Positions 45,601 to 56,451 of a stretch of DNA of 64,000 nt are shown here, one piece after another; positions within the stretch are counted from its first letter, which is position 1; every line of letters starts with the position of its first letter. The position numbers and the translations under genes were made by a program. Origin of the DNA: a virus (Duplodnaviria; Caudoviricetes); the IMG/VR virus record IMGVR_UViG_2529292751_000006, positions 1-64,000 of that record, one strand, 5' to 3'. The notes beneath the pieces are model-generated. The model ran no database searches. It worked only from the letters and a program-made list of their open reading frames with translations, and was not told the origin of the DNA.

Positions 45601-47667
45601 ATTCGGAGATGGTGGTAAAGCGCTTGGTAAAGCTTTTAGAATTCGCTTGTGATTCCTTCCAAATCCACTACTTAAATAAGCTTCTCTACTATTAGTTGTG
45701 TTCCACGTATTATTATTAACTGGACTAAAGGTTTTCATAGTAAAGCCGTATTCGTCAAGAATAACACGATCACATGGTTGTATTTTACCAGCAACATCTT
45801 TCCCATGTTCTTTCGTATAGGTTTTCTCTGCTGTTGATTTTTCATCTTTTTCCCAAACAAACATGTAATAGTTTTGTGCATCTTGTACTCGGAACATAAG
45901 TCCAATAGAATCATCATCAATAGAATCATCCATTTTTACTTTTACAGAAAATTGATAATCTGTTTTCTCCATCAGATTAATGGTTTTACCGTTAATCATT
46001 TCATTCCTTTGATAGAATCCACAAACATCATTTTGGTTCTCTAAATACTGAATTACATTCTTTTTCATAGATGCAATATAAGAATACTGCCACTTACTTA
46101 AATCATTAGAAATACCTATCGTAGACCATTTATTTTTATCTAGCACATCTAATACTTTCGTTTCTCTTTCTTTTTTAAATGCAACATCTGCACATACTTG
46201 CCAGTTTGTCTTATAATCCATCTTCTTTTCAGTAAAGCCTTGCCCGTTTGCTTCCCATGTAAATGCCCATTTTGTTTTTTGGCGCTCAGGGATAATCGTA
46301 CAACGATGAGGGATTGGTTCATTTTTAATCTTCACATTATCTTGAAGTGCATTTTTCCATGGTTTCACATTCAATTGTTTTACTTTTGCTTCCGCAGCGT
46401 GTGACATAACTTCATTGATCTGACTTTCAACTTCATTATTATCTACAATGGTTGTTATGTTATATAGAAGATTCCCTTTTCCATCTTCGATGAAGTATTT
46501 CGTATCCATCGGAACACTTGGTGTCCCCATTGGTAAAGATAGCTCAATCATATCTTTTGCATTTATTTTTCCGCCATCTAGAGATAATCCGATGTTCTTC
46601 CATTCGCCAGTGTATTCTTCTTTTTCATTTGTAAGCAATGCGTCGTAATTCATTACCCAATCCGTGATATGCCCAACACTTACTTGCATTTCTTTTCCAT
46701 CGTCATTTTTATATTTTGCAACAATTCGATGTGAAAAGATTTTAGGTGTTCGAGGATCGGATTCAGATCTTTGAGCAACAATTACTTTATGACCTTCCCC
46801 ATTACTATGAGGGACTACTGCAAAGATTTCTTTATCTGGAGCATCTATGGATGCTTGGCGAACCTCTTCTTCAGTTTTTTGGTCAAATGCACTTATGCCA
46901 TTGATAATTCGTAGCTTGCCACCTTCAAGCATTTGTCTGGATAGTTTATCTACTTGAACTTCATTATTTTTATCTGTATAAAACTCTATACTTTTTTCTA
47001 CAGCTTGTATGCTAGAATCTTTGACAATCTTATCTATGTGATTATAACGGATTTTAATTGTATTATTTTTGTCTGTATTCTTATGAAGATAGACCTGAAT
47101 ACTATAAATTCTTGGGTTTTCTTTATGTGGTAGTACATAGATATCATACTTGTAAGAATCATCTAGCAGGTTTCCATTCTCATCTGTTAATTCTATTTGC
47201 TGCCCTGTATATTTTTCTTTTTTAAACACACCATTTTCATTTGCGATGGCAGTTTTACTATCATAATGAAAATCTATTTCAAACTTATAATAAAGAGCAC
47301 TTTCAATCCTATATTCATTCTTTTTGAATTTCCGAGTAACATTAATCTTATTACTTGGAAAGACTCCTTTAGGTGGACGAGGTTTTATTTCATCTTCATT
47401 AACAATATCAACGTATTCCAATTCCCCTGCTTCATTTGCAACCACAATGGATTCTAGTTGATCTTTTGTGATTACATTATCAGCTGTATATGAAGTATCA
47501 ATCAGTGATAAGTTCTCTTCAATTTGTACTTTGGGTACATGAATATAAGCTAAATTAACATCACCTTCCGGTACCTCTTTTCCTAAGCGCATCGAATAGG
47601 TATTATTAGAGAGCTTGCTCTTATAATCTTGCAAATCTAATCCCTGTCTTTCTCTTTCAAGAGACAT
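42691..47667 (-). CDS. Very large structural protein with a thrombospondin-C-like lectin domain
   Basis: RBS AAGGAGG before ATG 47667; DDDSIGLMFRVQDAQNYYMFVWEK; DTRTKGGG motif; C-terminal CBM-like sandwich. Confidence 0.8.
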   Translation of the reverse strand: MSLERERQGLDLQDYKSKLSNNTYSMRLGKEVPEGDVNLAYIHVPKVQIEENLSLIDTSYTADNVITKDQLESIVVANEAGELEYVDIVNEDEIKPRPPKGVFPSNKINVTRKFKKNEYRIESALYYKFEIDFHYDSKTAIANENGVFKKEKYTGQQIELTDENGNLLDDSYKYDIYVLPHKENPRIYSIQVYLHKNTDKNNTIKIRYNHIDKIVKDSSIQAVEKSIEFYTDKNNEVQVDKLSRQMLEGGKLRIINGISAFDQKTEEEVRQASIDAPDKEIFAVVPHSNGEGHKVIVAQRSESDPRTPKIFSHRIVAKYKNDDGKEMQVSVGHITDWVMNYDALLTNEKEEYTGEWKNIGLSLDGGKINAKDMIELSLPMGTPSVPMDTKYFIEDGKGNLLYNITTIVDNNEVESQINEVMSHAAEAKVKQLNVKPWKNALQDNVKIKNEPIPHRCTIIPERQKTKWAFTWEANGQGFTEKKMDYKTNWQVCADVAFKKERETKVLDVLDKNKWSTIGISNDLSKWQYSYIASMKKNVIQYLENQNDVCGFYQRNEMINGKTINLMEKTDYQFSVKVKMDDSIDDDSIGLMFRVQDAQNYYMFVWEKDEKSTAEKTYTKEHGKDVAGKIQPCDRVILDEYGFTMKTFSPVNNNTWNTTNSREAYLSSGFGRNHKRILKALPSALPPSPNQDSWNSGSRYPTDKTNCSFKDITNTAESYASKGWEHGKDYKLTVVVTGDWFRIFISDNPESDELGQLVCQAKDNTHQKGSYGIFSASQRNTLWYDFKMADVIVDTICTEKKDILLTDTKDKKLSNYAVEDLMAASIKSKAKQLGEATYEVFTYYGKSDGEFTISIDPRTHFVYGRSNDPITGNIVRSKWTTKQNGLTIKGTGFIEYHADGHYTISTVPSVLPTEQIPSTVKDFVWNEPVLLTGENVSIQLEQPNRLKVIPTVPPIRVIGKPYTLEDNEILKSDGLKSIIEIFGDIGVYQFLEIPKDIPLDEICLRIERGKVNGISADGTASVENAEYRVNYRFRCTKNGFIRLPVDQFQDQIGVNRLRLKSVLTDKGEINPSIHVDVVAWTTFQQLSAVPLFAIKVEEQRKIEIEKPRIEQQNIEKENWYVRIKSGRFLKRLRLPYHELNSLEKPPEIYVAYPQLLGMVKSPNDIVEVDLEFSLPEYTNQEFYNNATMLTDKEKPMILNEYSIQTRYAPIILSSPKNTSYLEVYSIRGNNKRNLRVADVDAVKGIVYLLDRIGEQDEVYIKYAYKEEWYTYRGFEKNESFFHLDLNPTPGHRHAVAENGFHRWIPIESDTEPFKVKKEGTSNLELLVKQIHVYICPSAVRLVDLANPSLHGKLVAGSVRKKVLFHTDEEFWFNPKDQKYNPTLLRLGKVMLQSNSTSKDNITILDTRTKGGGLDESLSREIIKQVNKESLYHWDIGYFDGEAYQENGVIIIRLPRSILRSNDNPNGFSESEIQQAVAKHKSYGTLPIIEFYNESEQEDNFNILPNHEFLYNQHIGYYDSSISKGDYEVINTFLGTGDNYALRISNEAEYGITLPGHLISSKQYGLEIKAIKEQTATKRSLGRIEIIYDNGKKEEIPLVPINQSQWMVYKQPIKLQANVHKMSIILNKSKDVRKGSILIDYVKLNVSPSLLEDTTEIHEI

Positions 47668-47708
47668 GAAAGAACCTCCTTTTATATGAGAAAAAGCCAA
47701 AGGGGAAA

Positions 47709-50700
47709 TTATCCCCCTATGACTTTTATATATACATAGCTTGCTGCTTGCTCAAAGCCCATATCATATGAGACTTTAATCATAACTTCACCATGCTTTT
47801 CTTTTAATCCACTTAATATGAACTCAGCTTGTCCAAAATCATTTGTTATGACTTCTTTCTTACGTGCATTCCCATGTGTATCCCTATATTCAATATTTAT
47901 TTTCTTATCTTTCATAACAGGAGTCCAACTAGAATCTCTTAATGTCATTTTAATAGTCGAATAATCGTCTACACCTGATAAGATAGCCAACTTAGGAGCA
48001 ACCACATCAATATAGAATCTTTCTTTTTTATTTTCAGCGTAATAGTTTAATAACAACTCTTTTCGCAGATCATTGCATTCTATACGGTATATACTAATCA
48101 AACCCTTTGGTGGAATTGGTGTATCGTAGATGTACACCTCACCTGCTTCATTAGTAATAAACTCCGCATCTATTGGCTTATCGTCCCGATAAATTTTCAC
48201 TATTTTATTCGGACAAGGATTATTGTATTTGTCTAAAATACTAACAGTTACAAGAACTTTTTCCTTCCCTGAATTAGAGATTGTTTTGTCTGATAAGTGA
48301 GCTTGTATTACTTTTGCATCCTGCTCTCCTGCTTCAGATAGATACAAGAATCCAGTGTGATTATGAGTTAATAAAGGATTTAAAGCAATCTCTTTCGCAC
48401 GATAGAAAGGTGTCTCTTTTGCTGACTCATAAATGACTTTCATATTTTTCATGTTATTTTCTTCATAGTTATTGTGTAAAATAATTCGAGCTGAATCGGT
48501 TTCTAAGTCTGCATTTATATCAAGGATATAGCTGTATAACAAAATGTAATGCACTTCTATTATATCAGTTACATTAATTTCTTTCATAAATTCAATAGCT
48601 GAAACTTCTTCATGAAAAATCAAATCATTTGCTTCAACAAGACTTCCATTTAGATAAACCTTTAACGTTTCTTTATCGATACCTTTGTAGTTCAAATAAT
48701 ATTTGGCATATCCATTTCCATGAAATACTTCTTTATTTTCTAACGTTAAATTCCAGTTATCATCATAGAATGTTACTTTCCTCAAGGTATTATCCTGATT
48801 ATCCTGCACGATGACTGGACACCCTTGCTGTGGCCTTGGTTGAATCATAATGCTATTGTTTTTATCTGGAGTCACTATATATTCTTTTTTCTCTGCATAC
48901 AAGTAATGCTCCCTTTCTTGATGATAATAATATCCATTGTGTATAAGTGGATGCCAAGGCAGCGGTCTAGCCTTTTTCACTTGAGCAAATAGTTTATAGC
49001 CCAGATAAGGTGTTAAGTATTTAGGATGGATGCGTTCAAAATCTTTACCCGGCCTAGACCAGTGTAAACGAATAACCGCTTGTCCTACATTATCAAAGAA
49101 ATTCGCTCTAATTGGATACCACTTACCGCCCTCCATATATACAGAAGCTTCATAAGAAGGGAAGAAGTCTTCAGCTGAAGTAATATGCCATTCATTGATA
49201 AGTAATTTATCAGCAATCCATAATCTAAATCCGTCGTTTACTTGCGCTTTAAAACGATAATATCCTGTTTGTGGAGCATAAATATATCCATTCCAGCTTA
49301 CAGTAAATCCGTCATTTGGATCTGACTCTGTTGGTGGCTGAAGTACCGGAATCGTTGGCTCATTCTTAAAAGGATATTTATTTTGATTCGGATCAGGGAT
49401 AGGTGGATTTTGTCCCCTTACTGTTGCAAATAATTTTGATTGACCATATGCAGTCATCTTAGGTTTTTCAGATGGCTTCCATTGTGCAATCCTACACATT
49501 AAGTTAACCCATATCTTCATTTCATTATCACTTAATTGCTGTCTAAAACGCCCATCGCATTGATATGTACTATCTCCAGCTTCTGAATAATACACATTAT
49601 CAACATAGCTTAACCATGGTCGATTTTCATGAGCAAACTTATATATAGGTATCCCATTTAAACACTGGTTCCAGTGACTGACACTTACGTCAATTGTTCC
49701 TGTAAGCGGGTACGGATAACTGAATGACGGGTCAATCAACGTAATTTTATCACCACGTGTATATGGCTCGGCATTAGCCTTCTTAAACCCAAACTCTTCA
49801 AGTAATTTAATTGTATTTTTAATATTACCAGATATCGTATCATGACTAAATATGATTACTTTATTAGATGATGCTTTAAACTTACGTACAAAATCAATCA
49901 TATCATCTGAAAAATCTGTACCTGCATTACAATCCGCAGGAGTAAATGTAAGCACATCAAAATCCTCGACTTTATATTTATTCCAGTTTTGGTACACGTC
50001 TTGCACTATCTCGATGCTTTTTGATATATCAAAGTTGCCATATCTTTTAACAGCTTCTTGGATAGATGTATGGCCGAGAGGATTTATTTCTAGAACAGAT
50101 GGAGACAATTCTAAAACTCTAATCTTTTGAAATTCCTTAAAGTAAACTTCGTAATCACTTGCATCATTTCTTATAAAGTATTCTGTAGATACAACAAAAC
50201 GTGGTTCTAATTTTACTGACTGACAGAAGCTCAAATATTCTTTTTCGAACTTTTCTTTCATGATTTCTTCATCTAATTCAAGTTCATAGAAAGCTTCTTC
50301 TCCTTCAATTAGCTTGCGCTTTTTAGTGAATTGAAGATGTTTTCTAAATCCAGGGCGCTCTTTTGGCGTTACTCTCTTATAAGTCTGCAACCAAAAATTC
50401 CAAAAATACGTGTCTGGATTTGAATACGTAATTGGCCCCCATGCACCTGATTTATAAGTGTCTTCTTTATCAATAGCCTCAAGTTTTAATTTACCGTCAA
50501 CATAAACCTGAAACTTATTTCCGATTACACTAACTTTCACATCATGAGTATAAAACTTACGATTAGGAATCGGCTTATTATCTGAGCCATCTGGATCCCA
50601 CCATTCTGGGTCATGTACTAAGCGTACTTTACTAAAATTCAAGTGTCCTTTTCCTACTTGATCTGGATTTTTACAAGTTAACTTATAAATAGCCATACCA

Positions 50701-53700
50701 TTGACTCCTGCCCCGCCTGAATCCCATTCAAAGGAATAGCCTGAGCATGTTTGAGGATCAAATCTAAATACACATCCATAAAGGTCATCATCCCATAATG
50801 TTCTGGATTCTACTTTAAATGAAAAAGCATAATCTTTTAATTCCACATGTTTTGGGTTATACCAACCAGAATAATATCCTTGGTTAATTAAATTGATTAC
50901 TTTATCATATCCTTCTTCAGGTGGTCCATGCCAGTCACCAGGTCCATCAATATGATTTCCCTTCGTATCAAATACCTTATCAGGATGTTGATCCCATTGC
51001 TTCCACTCACCTGTGAAATTTGATATATCAATTGCATTTCCGACTGGATACACGACTTCCATATCTACATCAACATCAAATTGAATATCTTCAGGTAAGA
51101 ACATAGACATAGCGCTAAAGGTTTCATCTGCATGGAGTTTCTTAGGTGAACGATATCCCCAGTTAAAACATAAAGAACCTTCATAGAATGGATCATTGTA
51201 ATTTGGATTTTCTTTCTTCACTGGAATATCCTCTTGAAAATCTAATTGAGTGTATTTTTTCTCTCCTAGATAATTACGTTTAGTAGGATCATGAAGCTCA
51301 TCTATATGATATGACTGAAAATGAACCCAATCATATAAATTTAATATATCCTTATTAATTGTAAGAGTATGGTCTTTTATTTCATACTTTTTACTATCTA
51401 ATAGAATCCCATTCAAATAGATTTCTTTATAGCTACCCAGCTCGTTAATCTGAAACACACTATGTATAGACCCTGTTGCATATCTGATACTAATCGTACC
51501 AGGACGTATTCCGCTGCCATGTAATATTACAACATCATCTTCTAATGTCCATCCATTATTCTTATCTTGTGTGATAAGGGTATTGCCTACTTTTACATGA
51601 AGTATTTTAAATGCCCCACTTGCTTGAACTGGAATTTCAATTTTATCCATGTAGGATTTAATTTCATAGGATTGTGTCCATTCTTGATAATCACCTTGTA
51701 CTTGCCATTTTTGTTCATAGGCTTGTGAAGTTAATGGGAATCTGTAGTATGAGCCAAATAAGCCATCTTCTTTTCCTTTCTTCTCTTCAATCCAAACCTT
51801 TATAAACTCATTATTACTTGTTACTTCAATTCGCTCTATGAATGTGTTGTCAGGGTCATAGTCTTTTGCGACATTAGAATCATAAGGATTCAGTTCTAAT
51901 GGATTTTCTACAACGGTAATGTCACTCATATTAGCTTGTAAAGTTTCTTTCGATTCGACCCAATTAGAGTACCAATCTGTATACCAGTTGTATGCATCAG
52001 TATGATTTGAAAAGAAATCTAACTTTGTTCCCTTTGGATTCAATTTATATTTCACCCTAGGATCATTAGGAAATTCTTTGTCATATATATCAATAAACGG
52101 ACCTTTTAATGTCTCCATATCTAGATTATCAGGGAAGAATACAACTTCTGTAGATACATTAACCATATCAGCTTTTCCTGATCCATCTCCAAAGAACGGT
52201 CTTTTTCCGTTTACTTTTCCATATCCAATATACTTACCAGAAGACCAAGGAACCCAGCGTGGATTCTCTTTACAATGGATAACAATATTATCATTCTCAT
52301 TAGATGTTAATACAATTGGCATGCCAGATTTCCCCTCTTGTGCAAGAGATTCTGGTCGTTTATCTGCTGATTCTGTTGTTAATGTTGGGTTGCTTTCATA
52401 CCACATTACAACATCAGCGCTATTTGAAAAAGCATCCAATAAAAAGTGAACAACTTCGAAAGTATCAGGCATCTTATCTTCTTTATCAATAGGGTGATAG
52501 AAATGCTCAGGGCATGGTGGAATATGAGAAATCAAATCCTTATCACTTGTTATAATGCCAGAGTTTTTTATATCTGCTGGGAAAATAGCTTTATACCATT
52601 CTGTTGTTTTTGCAATGACTTTTGTCCCTACTGGAATCCTGTCGAAATCATCTCTGTTTGCCCATTTTACTTTATCGTACTTAGGGTTTATTGTAGCTTC
52701 AATTGGTGTCATTTTATAATATGTCCACTTGTTCGGTTTAAAGGAAGCTAATGGATTAAATGTTACCCATCCGTTATATGCAAACACTTTTTCTTCAAAA
52801 GTCTTCTTTAATTTTTCGATTGGGAACGTGCAACTCCACATGACTAATCTAATTCCATCAAAATCAAAATCATCCCAACATTCATCAATAATTTCATCAG
52901 GTGGTTTTACTACTGGATCATCAATCCTACATCCACCATCTGATTCTTCTGGCTCCACATCTGGCGGAACAGGTTTAGGCTTCTTAACTGGCTTAACTAA
53001 TTCGTATTTTTCTTTTTTATTAATGTAGTCCTCTCGATTAAAGAATTCATTATAATCATCTCTAAATACTTTTTTGATGTCATCAAACACTACTAGAGCT
53101 GTATTGAAATCTCTATGATCAGGGGTGACTTCTACTATTCCACATCGCACATAACATTTTGCATATTTTTTGCCTGCATCAGGTGGATTGTTATTCCGTG
53201 CGATAATCTGTCCTGTTCTCCCGGTAATAATTAGCGTTCCAGTTTTAGGATTTACTACCTGTCCATTTATGTCATCCATAATAAATTCTGGTAGATTCAT
53301 ATTTTCCCTAACATAATCCTGTGCATTATTCGCAAGGATTTGATCACCTATCCCATTGAACTCAAAATATTCACTATAGTTCTGAGGGAATCTGCCGCTA
53401 TGATCTTTCCAAGTAGTGTAATCTTTAGCGTGTACTGTGATTGGACCATTTCTACCTGCGACATCTATCGTTCCATTTTCAGCAACTCTTGTGTATCCGT
53501 TTATATAAAAGATATCGACATCGCCATACCTTACATTGGCTGCGTCACACTTTCGTCTGAATCCAACATCATTATCTACATACCATGCTGCTACATCTGC
53601 TATCCTTTTATTTGGTTCATCAGTTGTATGCCATCCGGATTCAGGGATACGTCCTTCAATAATCTTGTATTCCGTAACTTTAACACCATGGAATTCACAA

Positions 53701-54887
53701 GACTGGGATACGTTAAACATACCAAAGCTTCCATGTCCCCAATCTGTATTAAAATCATAGCATTTTATATAAGAAGCTCCTGGATGCTGCCTAACAAAAA
53801 TTTGAACATTGCTACCATTGGTTTTGATTTTAATACCATGCATATTAAACATAGTCCAACCAAATCCATTGCTTAAATCATCAACATAAACACGATGCAT
53901 AACACCATTTGTCACTTTATAAATACGCTTATGTCGTGTACCCCATCCTCTATTATTACAAAATTGTCCCCAGTTATTTGTATCACTGTTAACAGACCGG
54001 TCTACAAATTCCGTTTCATCATTATAAACGTCAATTCCATCTAAGTTATCAGCTGCTCTTGAAGATCCTGCTATTCTCTCCTCTGCTTCCCAAAGCATCA
54101 TATAGAAATTACTTGGATCTTTTGCTTGAAATATAAGCCCAACTACATCATCATCCCAAGCTGGTGCAGAATAAAATCCCCCTGTATTAGGATTGTATCT
54201 TCTAGTTCTGCCAAATTGACCTACCCCATTATTGAGAATAGCTCTAAAATCAAATTCTGTCTCATAAGCGTTCCAAGACATCATATTTCTTGCGATTACA
54301 CCAGAAAAGAATGGGCGGTTTAATCCATCCAGTACATAACTCCCATCACCAGATAAATGCCAAGATGTTTTGTTATCGTTATATCCAATATAAACGCCTT
54401 TATCAGATGTAAATAAATCTTTTACATCTCCATAGTCTTCTAACTTATACATGCCTTTCCAATCAACTGCATATTCAGCTGTTCGCTTATCTCGAATACC
54501 TGTATGACCTTTCCAGTTAAACGAATACTGCATGTTTAATCGCCAAACTTCAGCTTCAAAACAAGCCTTTGCTTCCCATAGCCTTTTTACTGGTAGTTCT
54601 TTTGTTTCTTCGATTTCATAAGCAAGAGTCTTTTCAGGATGTGCATTTACTTCAAACTGATACGGTTTTTCATTATATTTTTCTAACAGTCTTCCGTCAT
54701 AGCTAATTCCATATTCAAAAGGAATTTCTGGGTAAATCATTGTCTCGTGTTTTTTCTTTCCACGCAAACGAGCAGCATATTGAAAATCTTCTACAACATC
54801 TTCTTTCTGAGGGCTTTTTGTAAATAGATCATCATTATCTCCAATACCTGAATGTATGGCATTTCTCTTATGTTTTGCTTTTGACAC
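47709..54887 (-). CDS. Giant (2392 aa) multi-lectin structural protein: 2x TSP-C-like, DUF5057-like, PA14, Ig-like
   Basis: WDDDVVGLIF and WDDDLYGCVF; RVLELSP..FSHDT; FTVSWNGYIYAPQTGYYRF..NDGFRLWI (PA14); TNEAGEV and TNDFGQA Ig-like motifs. Confidence 0.82.
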   Translation of the reverse strand: MSKAKHKRNAIHSGIGDNDDLFTKSPQKEDVVEDFQYAARLRGKKKHETMIYPEIPFEYGISYDGRLLEKYNEKPYQFEVNAHPEKTLAYEIEETKELPVKRLWEAKACFEAEVWRLNMQYSFNWKGHTGIRDKRTAEYAVDWKGMYKLEDYGDVKDLFTSDKGVYIGYNDNKTSWHLSGDGSYVLDGLNRPFFSGVIARNMMSWNAYETEFDFRAILNNGVGQFGRTRRYNPNTGGFYSAPAWDDDVVGLIFQAKDPSNFYMMLWEAEERIAGSSRAADNLDGIDVYNDETEFVDRSVNSDTNNWGQFCNNRGWGTRHKRIYKVTNGVMHRVYVDDLSNGFGWTMFNMHGIKIKTNGSNVQIFVRQHPGASYIKCYDFNTDWGHGSFGMFNVSQSCEFHGVKVTEYKIIEGRIPESGWHTTDEPNKRIADVAAWYVDNDVGFRRKCDAANVRYGDVDIFYINGYTRVAENGTIDVAGRNGPITVHAKDYTTWKDHSGRFPQNYSEYFEFNGIGDQILANNAQDYVRENMNLPEFIMDDINGQVVNPKTGTLIITGRTGQIIARNNNPPDAGKKYAKCYVRCGIVEVTPDHRDFNTALVVFDDIKKVFRDDYNEFFNREDYINKKEKYELVKPVKKPKPVPPDVEPEESDGGCRIDDPVVKPPDEIIDECWDDFDFDGIRLVMWSCTFPIEKLKKTFEEKVFAYNGWVTFNPLASFKPNKWTYYKMTPIEATINPKYDKVKWANRDDFDRIPVGTKVIAKTTEWYKAIFPADIKNSGIITSDKDLISHIPPCPEHFYHPIDKEDKMPDTFEVVHFLLDAFSNSADVVMWYESNPTLTTESADKRPESLAQEGKSGMPIVLTSNENDNIVIHCKENPRWVPWSSGKYIGYGKVNGKRPFFGDGSGKADMVNVSTEVVFFPDNLDMETLKGPFIDIYDKEFPNDPRVKYKLNPKGTKLDFFSNHTDAYNWYTDWYSNWVESKETLQANMSDITVVENPLELNPYDSNVAKDYDPDNTFIERIEVTSNNEFIKVWIEEKKGKEDGLFGSYYRFPLTSQAYEQKWQVQGDYQEWTQSYEIKSYMDKIEIPVQASGAFKILHVKVGNTLITQDKNNGWTLEDDVVILHGSGIRPGTISIRYATGSIHSVFQINELGSYKEIYLNGILLDSKKYEIKDHTLTINKDILNLYDWVHFQSYHIDELHDPTKRNYLGEKKYTQLDFQEDIPVKKENPNYNDPFYEGSLCFNWGYRSPKKLHADETFSAMSMFLPEDIQFDVDVDMEVVYPVGNAIDISNFTGEWKQWDQHPDKVFDTKGNHIDGPGDWHGPPEEGYDKVINLINQGYYSGWYNPKHVELKDYAFSFKVESRTLWDDDLYGCVFRFDPQTCSGYSFEWDSGGAGVNGMAIYKLTCKNPDQVGKGHLNFSKVRLVHDPEWWDPDGSDNKPIPNRKFYTHDVKVSVIGNKFQVYVDGKLKLEAIDKEDTYKSGAWGPITYSNPDTYFWNFWLQTYKRVTPKERPGFRKHLQFTKKRKLIEGEEAFYELELDEEIMKEKFEKEYLSFCQSVKLEPRFVVSTEYFIRNDASDYEVYFKEFQKIRVLELSPSVLEINPLGHTSIQEAVKRYGNFDISKSIEIVQDVYQNWNKYKVEDFDVLTFTPADCNAGTDFSDDMIDFVRKFKASSNKVIIFSHDTISGNIKNTIKLLEEFGFKKANAEPYTRGDKITLIDPSFSYPYPLTGTIDVSVSHWNQCLNGIPIYKFAHENRPWLSYVDNVYYSEAGDSTYQCDGRFRQQLSDNEMKIWVNLMCRIAQWKPSEKPKMTAYGQSKLFATVRGQNPPIPDPNQNKYPFKNEPTIPVLQPPTESDPNDGFTVSWNGYIYAPQTGYYRFKAQVNDGFRLWIADKLLINEWHITSAEDFFPSYEASVYMEGGKWYPIRANFFDNVGQAVIRLHWSRPGKDFERIHPKYLTPYLGYKLFAQVKKARPLPWHPLIHNGYYYHQEREHYLYAEKKEYIVTPDKNNSIMIQPRPQQGCPVIVQDNQDNTLRKVTFYDDNWNLTLENKEVFHGNGYAKYYLNYKGIDKETLKVYLNGSLVEANDLIFHEEVSAIEFMKEINVTDIIEVHYILLYSYILDINADLETDSARIILHNNYEENNMKNMKVIYESAKETPFYRAKEIALNPLLTHNHTGFLYLSEAGEQDAKVIQAHLSDKTISNSGKEKVLVTVSILDKYNNPCPNKIVKIYRDDKPIDAEFITNEAGEVYIYDTPIPPKGLISIYRIECNDLRKELLLNYYAENKKERFYIDVVAPKLAILSGVDDYSTIKMTLRDSSWTPVMKDKKINIEYRDTHGNARKKEVITNDFGQAEFILSGLKEKHGEVMIKVSYDMGFEQAASYVYIKVIGG

Positions 54888-54900
54888 TCCTAAACCCCCT

Positions 54901-56349
54901 TTATATATTAGAGTCCAATTGGTAATCTTTCCATATGTCGATATTAGAATCCCAAATGTTTGGTATGTATCCTAATCCTGTCAATTGTTTATCAATTGTA
55001 TCCCAATAACCTTCATCCCATTTGAAATGATCCCACATAACTGGAGCAACTGTATTTATATATTCAACCCAATTTAATAAGGTTGGTGTCGCTTGACCAT
55101 CTGATTCAAATAATATCTTGTGAAACTCTTCATCATTTTTATCATATAGCTGGTATTTTTTTATTCCATAGATAAAGCTTATCTCATGTTCTTTGCCAGT
55201 ATTTAAAGCGTAAATTCTTATGTTTGAGTATTCATCCATTTGAAATTGATTTGGTTGAAGTGATTGATTATCTATACGTAATGTACGAGTATCTATATAT
55301 TTACCAGATTTATTTTTTAACAAGAAATCTTTAGAATCATCTTTCCATATTAATTTCTTATTGGAACGATCTTTTCTTTGTATGAGATTCAATTCTCTTG
55401 CGATTCCATTTGTTAATCCTATATCATGCGAACCTGCTGGATATCTAAATACATCTAAGATTCTTTCCTTAAAGTCTGCATTTTTTTCTAGATGCATCCT
55501 TTGAACACCTAGCAGTAAGCCGAATTCATCAAAGGTATTCCAAATATGATAATCAATAGGCTTTATAACAACTTCTGTATTATTATCACCCTGAATGATT
55601 TGTAAAAGAATATCACCATATTTTTGTACTGCATACAGATTCATCTCCCTGTAGTCGATGATACCACCTTGATTTCGGTCATTATAGAAAAACTCTTTTA
55701 ATGTTTCAAGAACAGGAATTTCGATATGATTATTCTTTGTGAATAACTTTATAGTATCACTCGGCTTAATGTTTGGAATCTTATACAACTGCACCCAATC
55801 TAGCGTGTGTATATCGGCCGTACTGATATACTTTTGCTCTTGAACCCAATCTAAATAATCTTTTATATCCTCTAATTCCATTCCGAAAAAATTCAAAAAC
55901 TGCTGTCCTGTACTTTTAGAATCTTGTCTAATTTTACTCCATAAAGGATATTCATCAGCAAGTCTTTGTGTAAATGTAGAGTGCCAATAATGATTCACAA
56001 AAACACAATATGATCCAGTTGATTGTAATGAGATATTAATTGTTTTTCCCATCTTATCAATGCTGTGTTTTATTGTGTGCCATTCTTTTTTCTTTTCATC
56101 ATACTTACAGACCTTACAGTATCTAACTTGTGCTCTTGTAAGTCGGTTTGCATATTTTATATTCATATTAATAGATTGAAGAGTAGTTTCAGAGCTTAAA
56201 TGAAACTGTAAATAAGTTGGTTGATAGTCATTATACATAGATTGATTTATAGCTAGATTGCTATAGTTATATTCTCTATTATATTTCTGTACCCAACTTA
56301 AAGGCTCTGTACTTTCAATCCAGACATCTTCATGTTGAATTGTATACAT
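54901..56349 (-). CDS. Putative baseplate wedge-like protein
   Basis: FDEFGLLLGVQR..EKNADFKERI resembles the LD..G...G..R..E.D..YR.RI motif of baseplate wedge/tail-I-like proteins. Confidence 0.6.
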   Translation of the reverse strand: MYTIQHEDVWIESTEPLSWVQKYNREYNYSNLAINQSMYNDYQPTYLQFHLSSETTLQSINMNIKYANRLTRAQVRYCKVCKYDEKKKEWHTIKHSIDKMGKTINISLQSTGSYCVFVNHYWHSTFTQRLADEYPLWSKIRQDSKSTGQQFLNFFGMELEDIKDYLDWVQEQKYISTADIHTLDWVQLYKIPNIKPSDTIKLFTKNNHIEIPVLETLKEFFYNDRNQGGIIDYREMNLYAVQKYGDILLQIIQGDNNTEVVIKPIDYHIWNTFDEFGLLLGVQRMHLEKNADFKERILDVFRYPAGSHDIGLTNGIARELNLIQRKDRSNKKLIWKDDSKDFLLKNKSGKYIDTRTLRIDNQSLQPNQFQMDEYSNIRIYALNTGKEHEISFIYGIKKYQLYDKNDEEFHKILFESDGQATPTLLNWVEYINTVAPVMWDHFKWDEGYWDTIDKQLTGLGYIPNIWDSNIDIWKDYQLDSNI

Positions 56350-56400
56350 AAAGAATATCCTCCTTTACTGAAAGGCATTACAGACCTTAAACATAAGAAC

Positions 56401-56409
56401 AGTATAACA
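56401..56409 (-). promoter_or_regulatory. Extended -10 promoter (TGtTATACT)
   Basis: Lies between a terminator and the RBS AAGGAGG of 54901..56349. Confidence 0.45.
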
Positions 56410-56410
56410 T

Positions 56411-56448
56411 AAAAAAAGGACACACCATATATAGGTATATCCTTTTTT
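56411..56448 (-). terminator. Intrinsic terminator after the FN3 gene
   Basis: AAAAAAGGA...TCCTTTTTT stem with U-tract. Confidence 0.7.
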
Positions 56449-56451
56449 CTA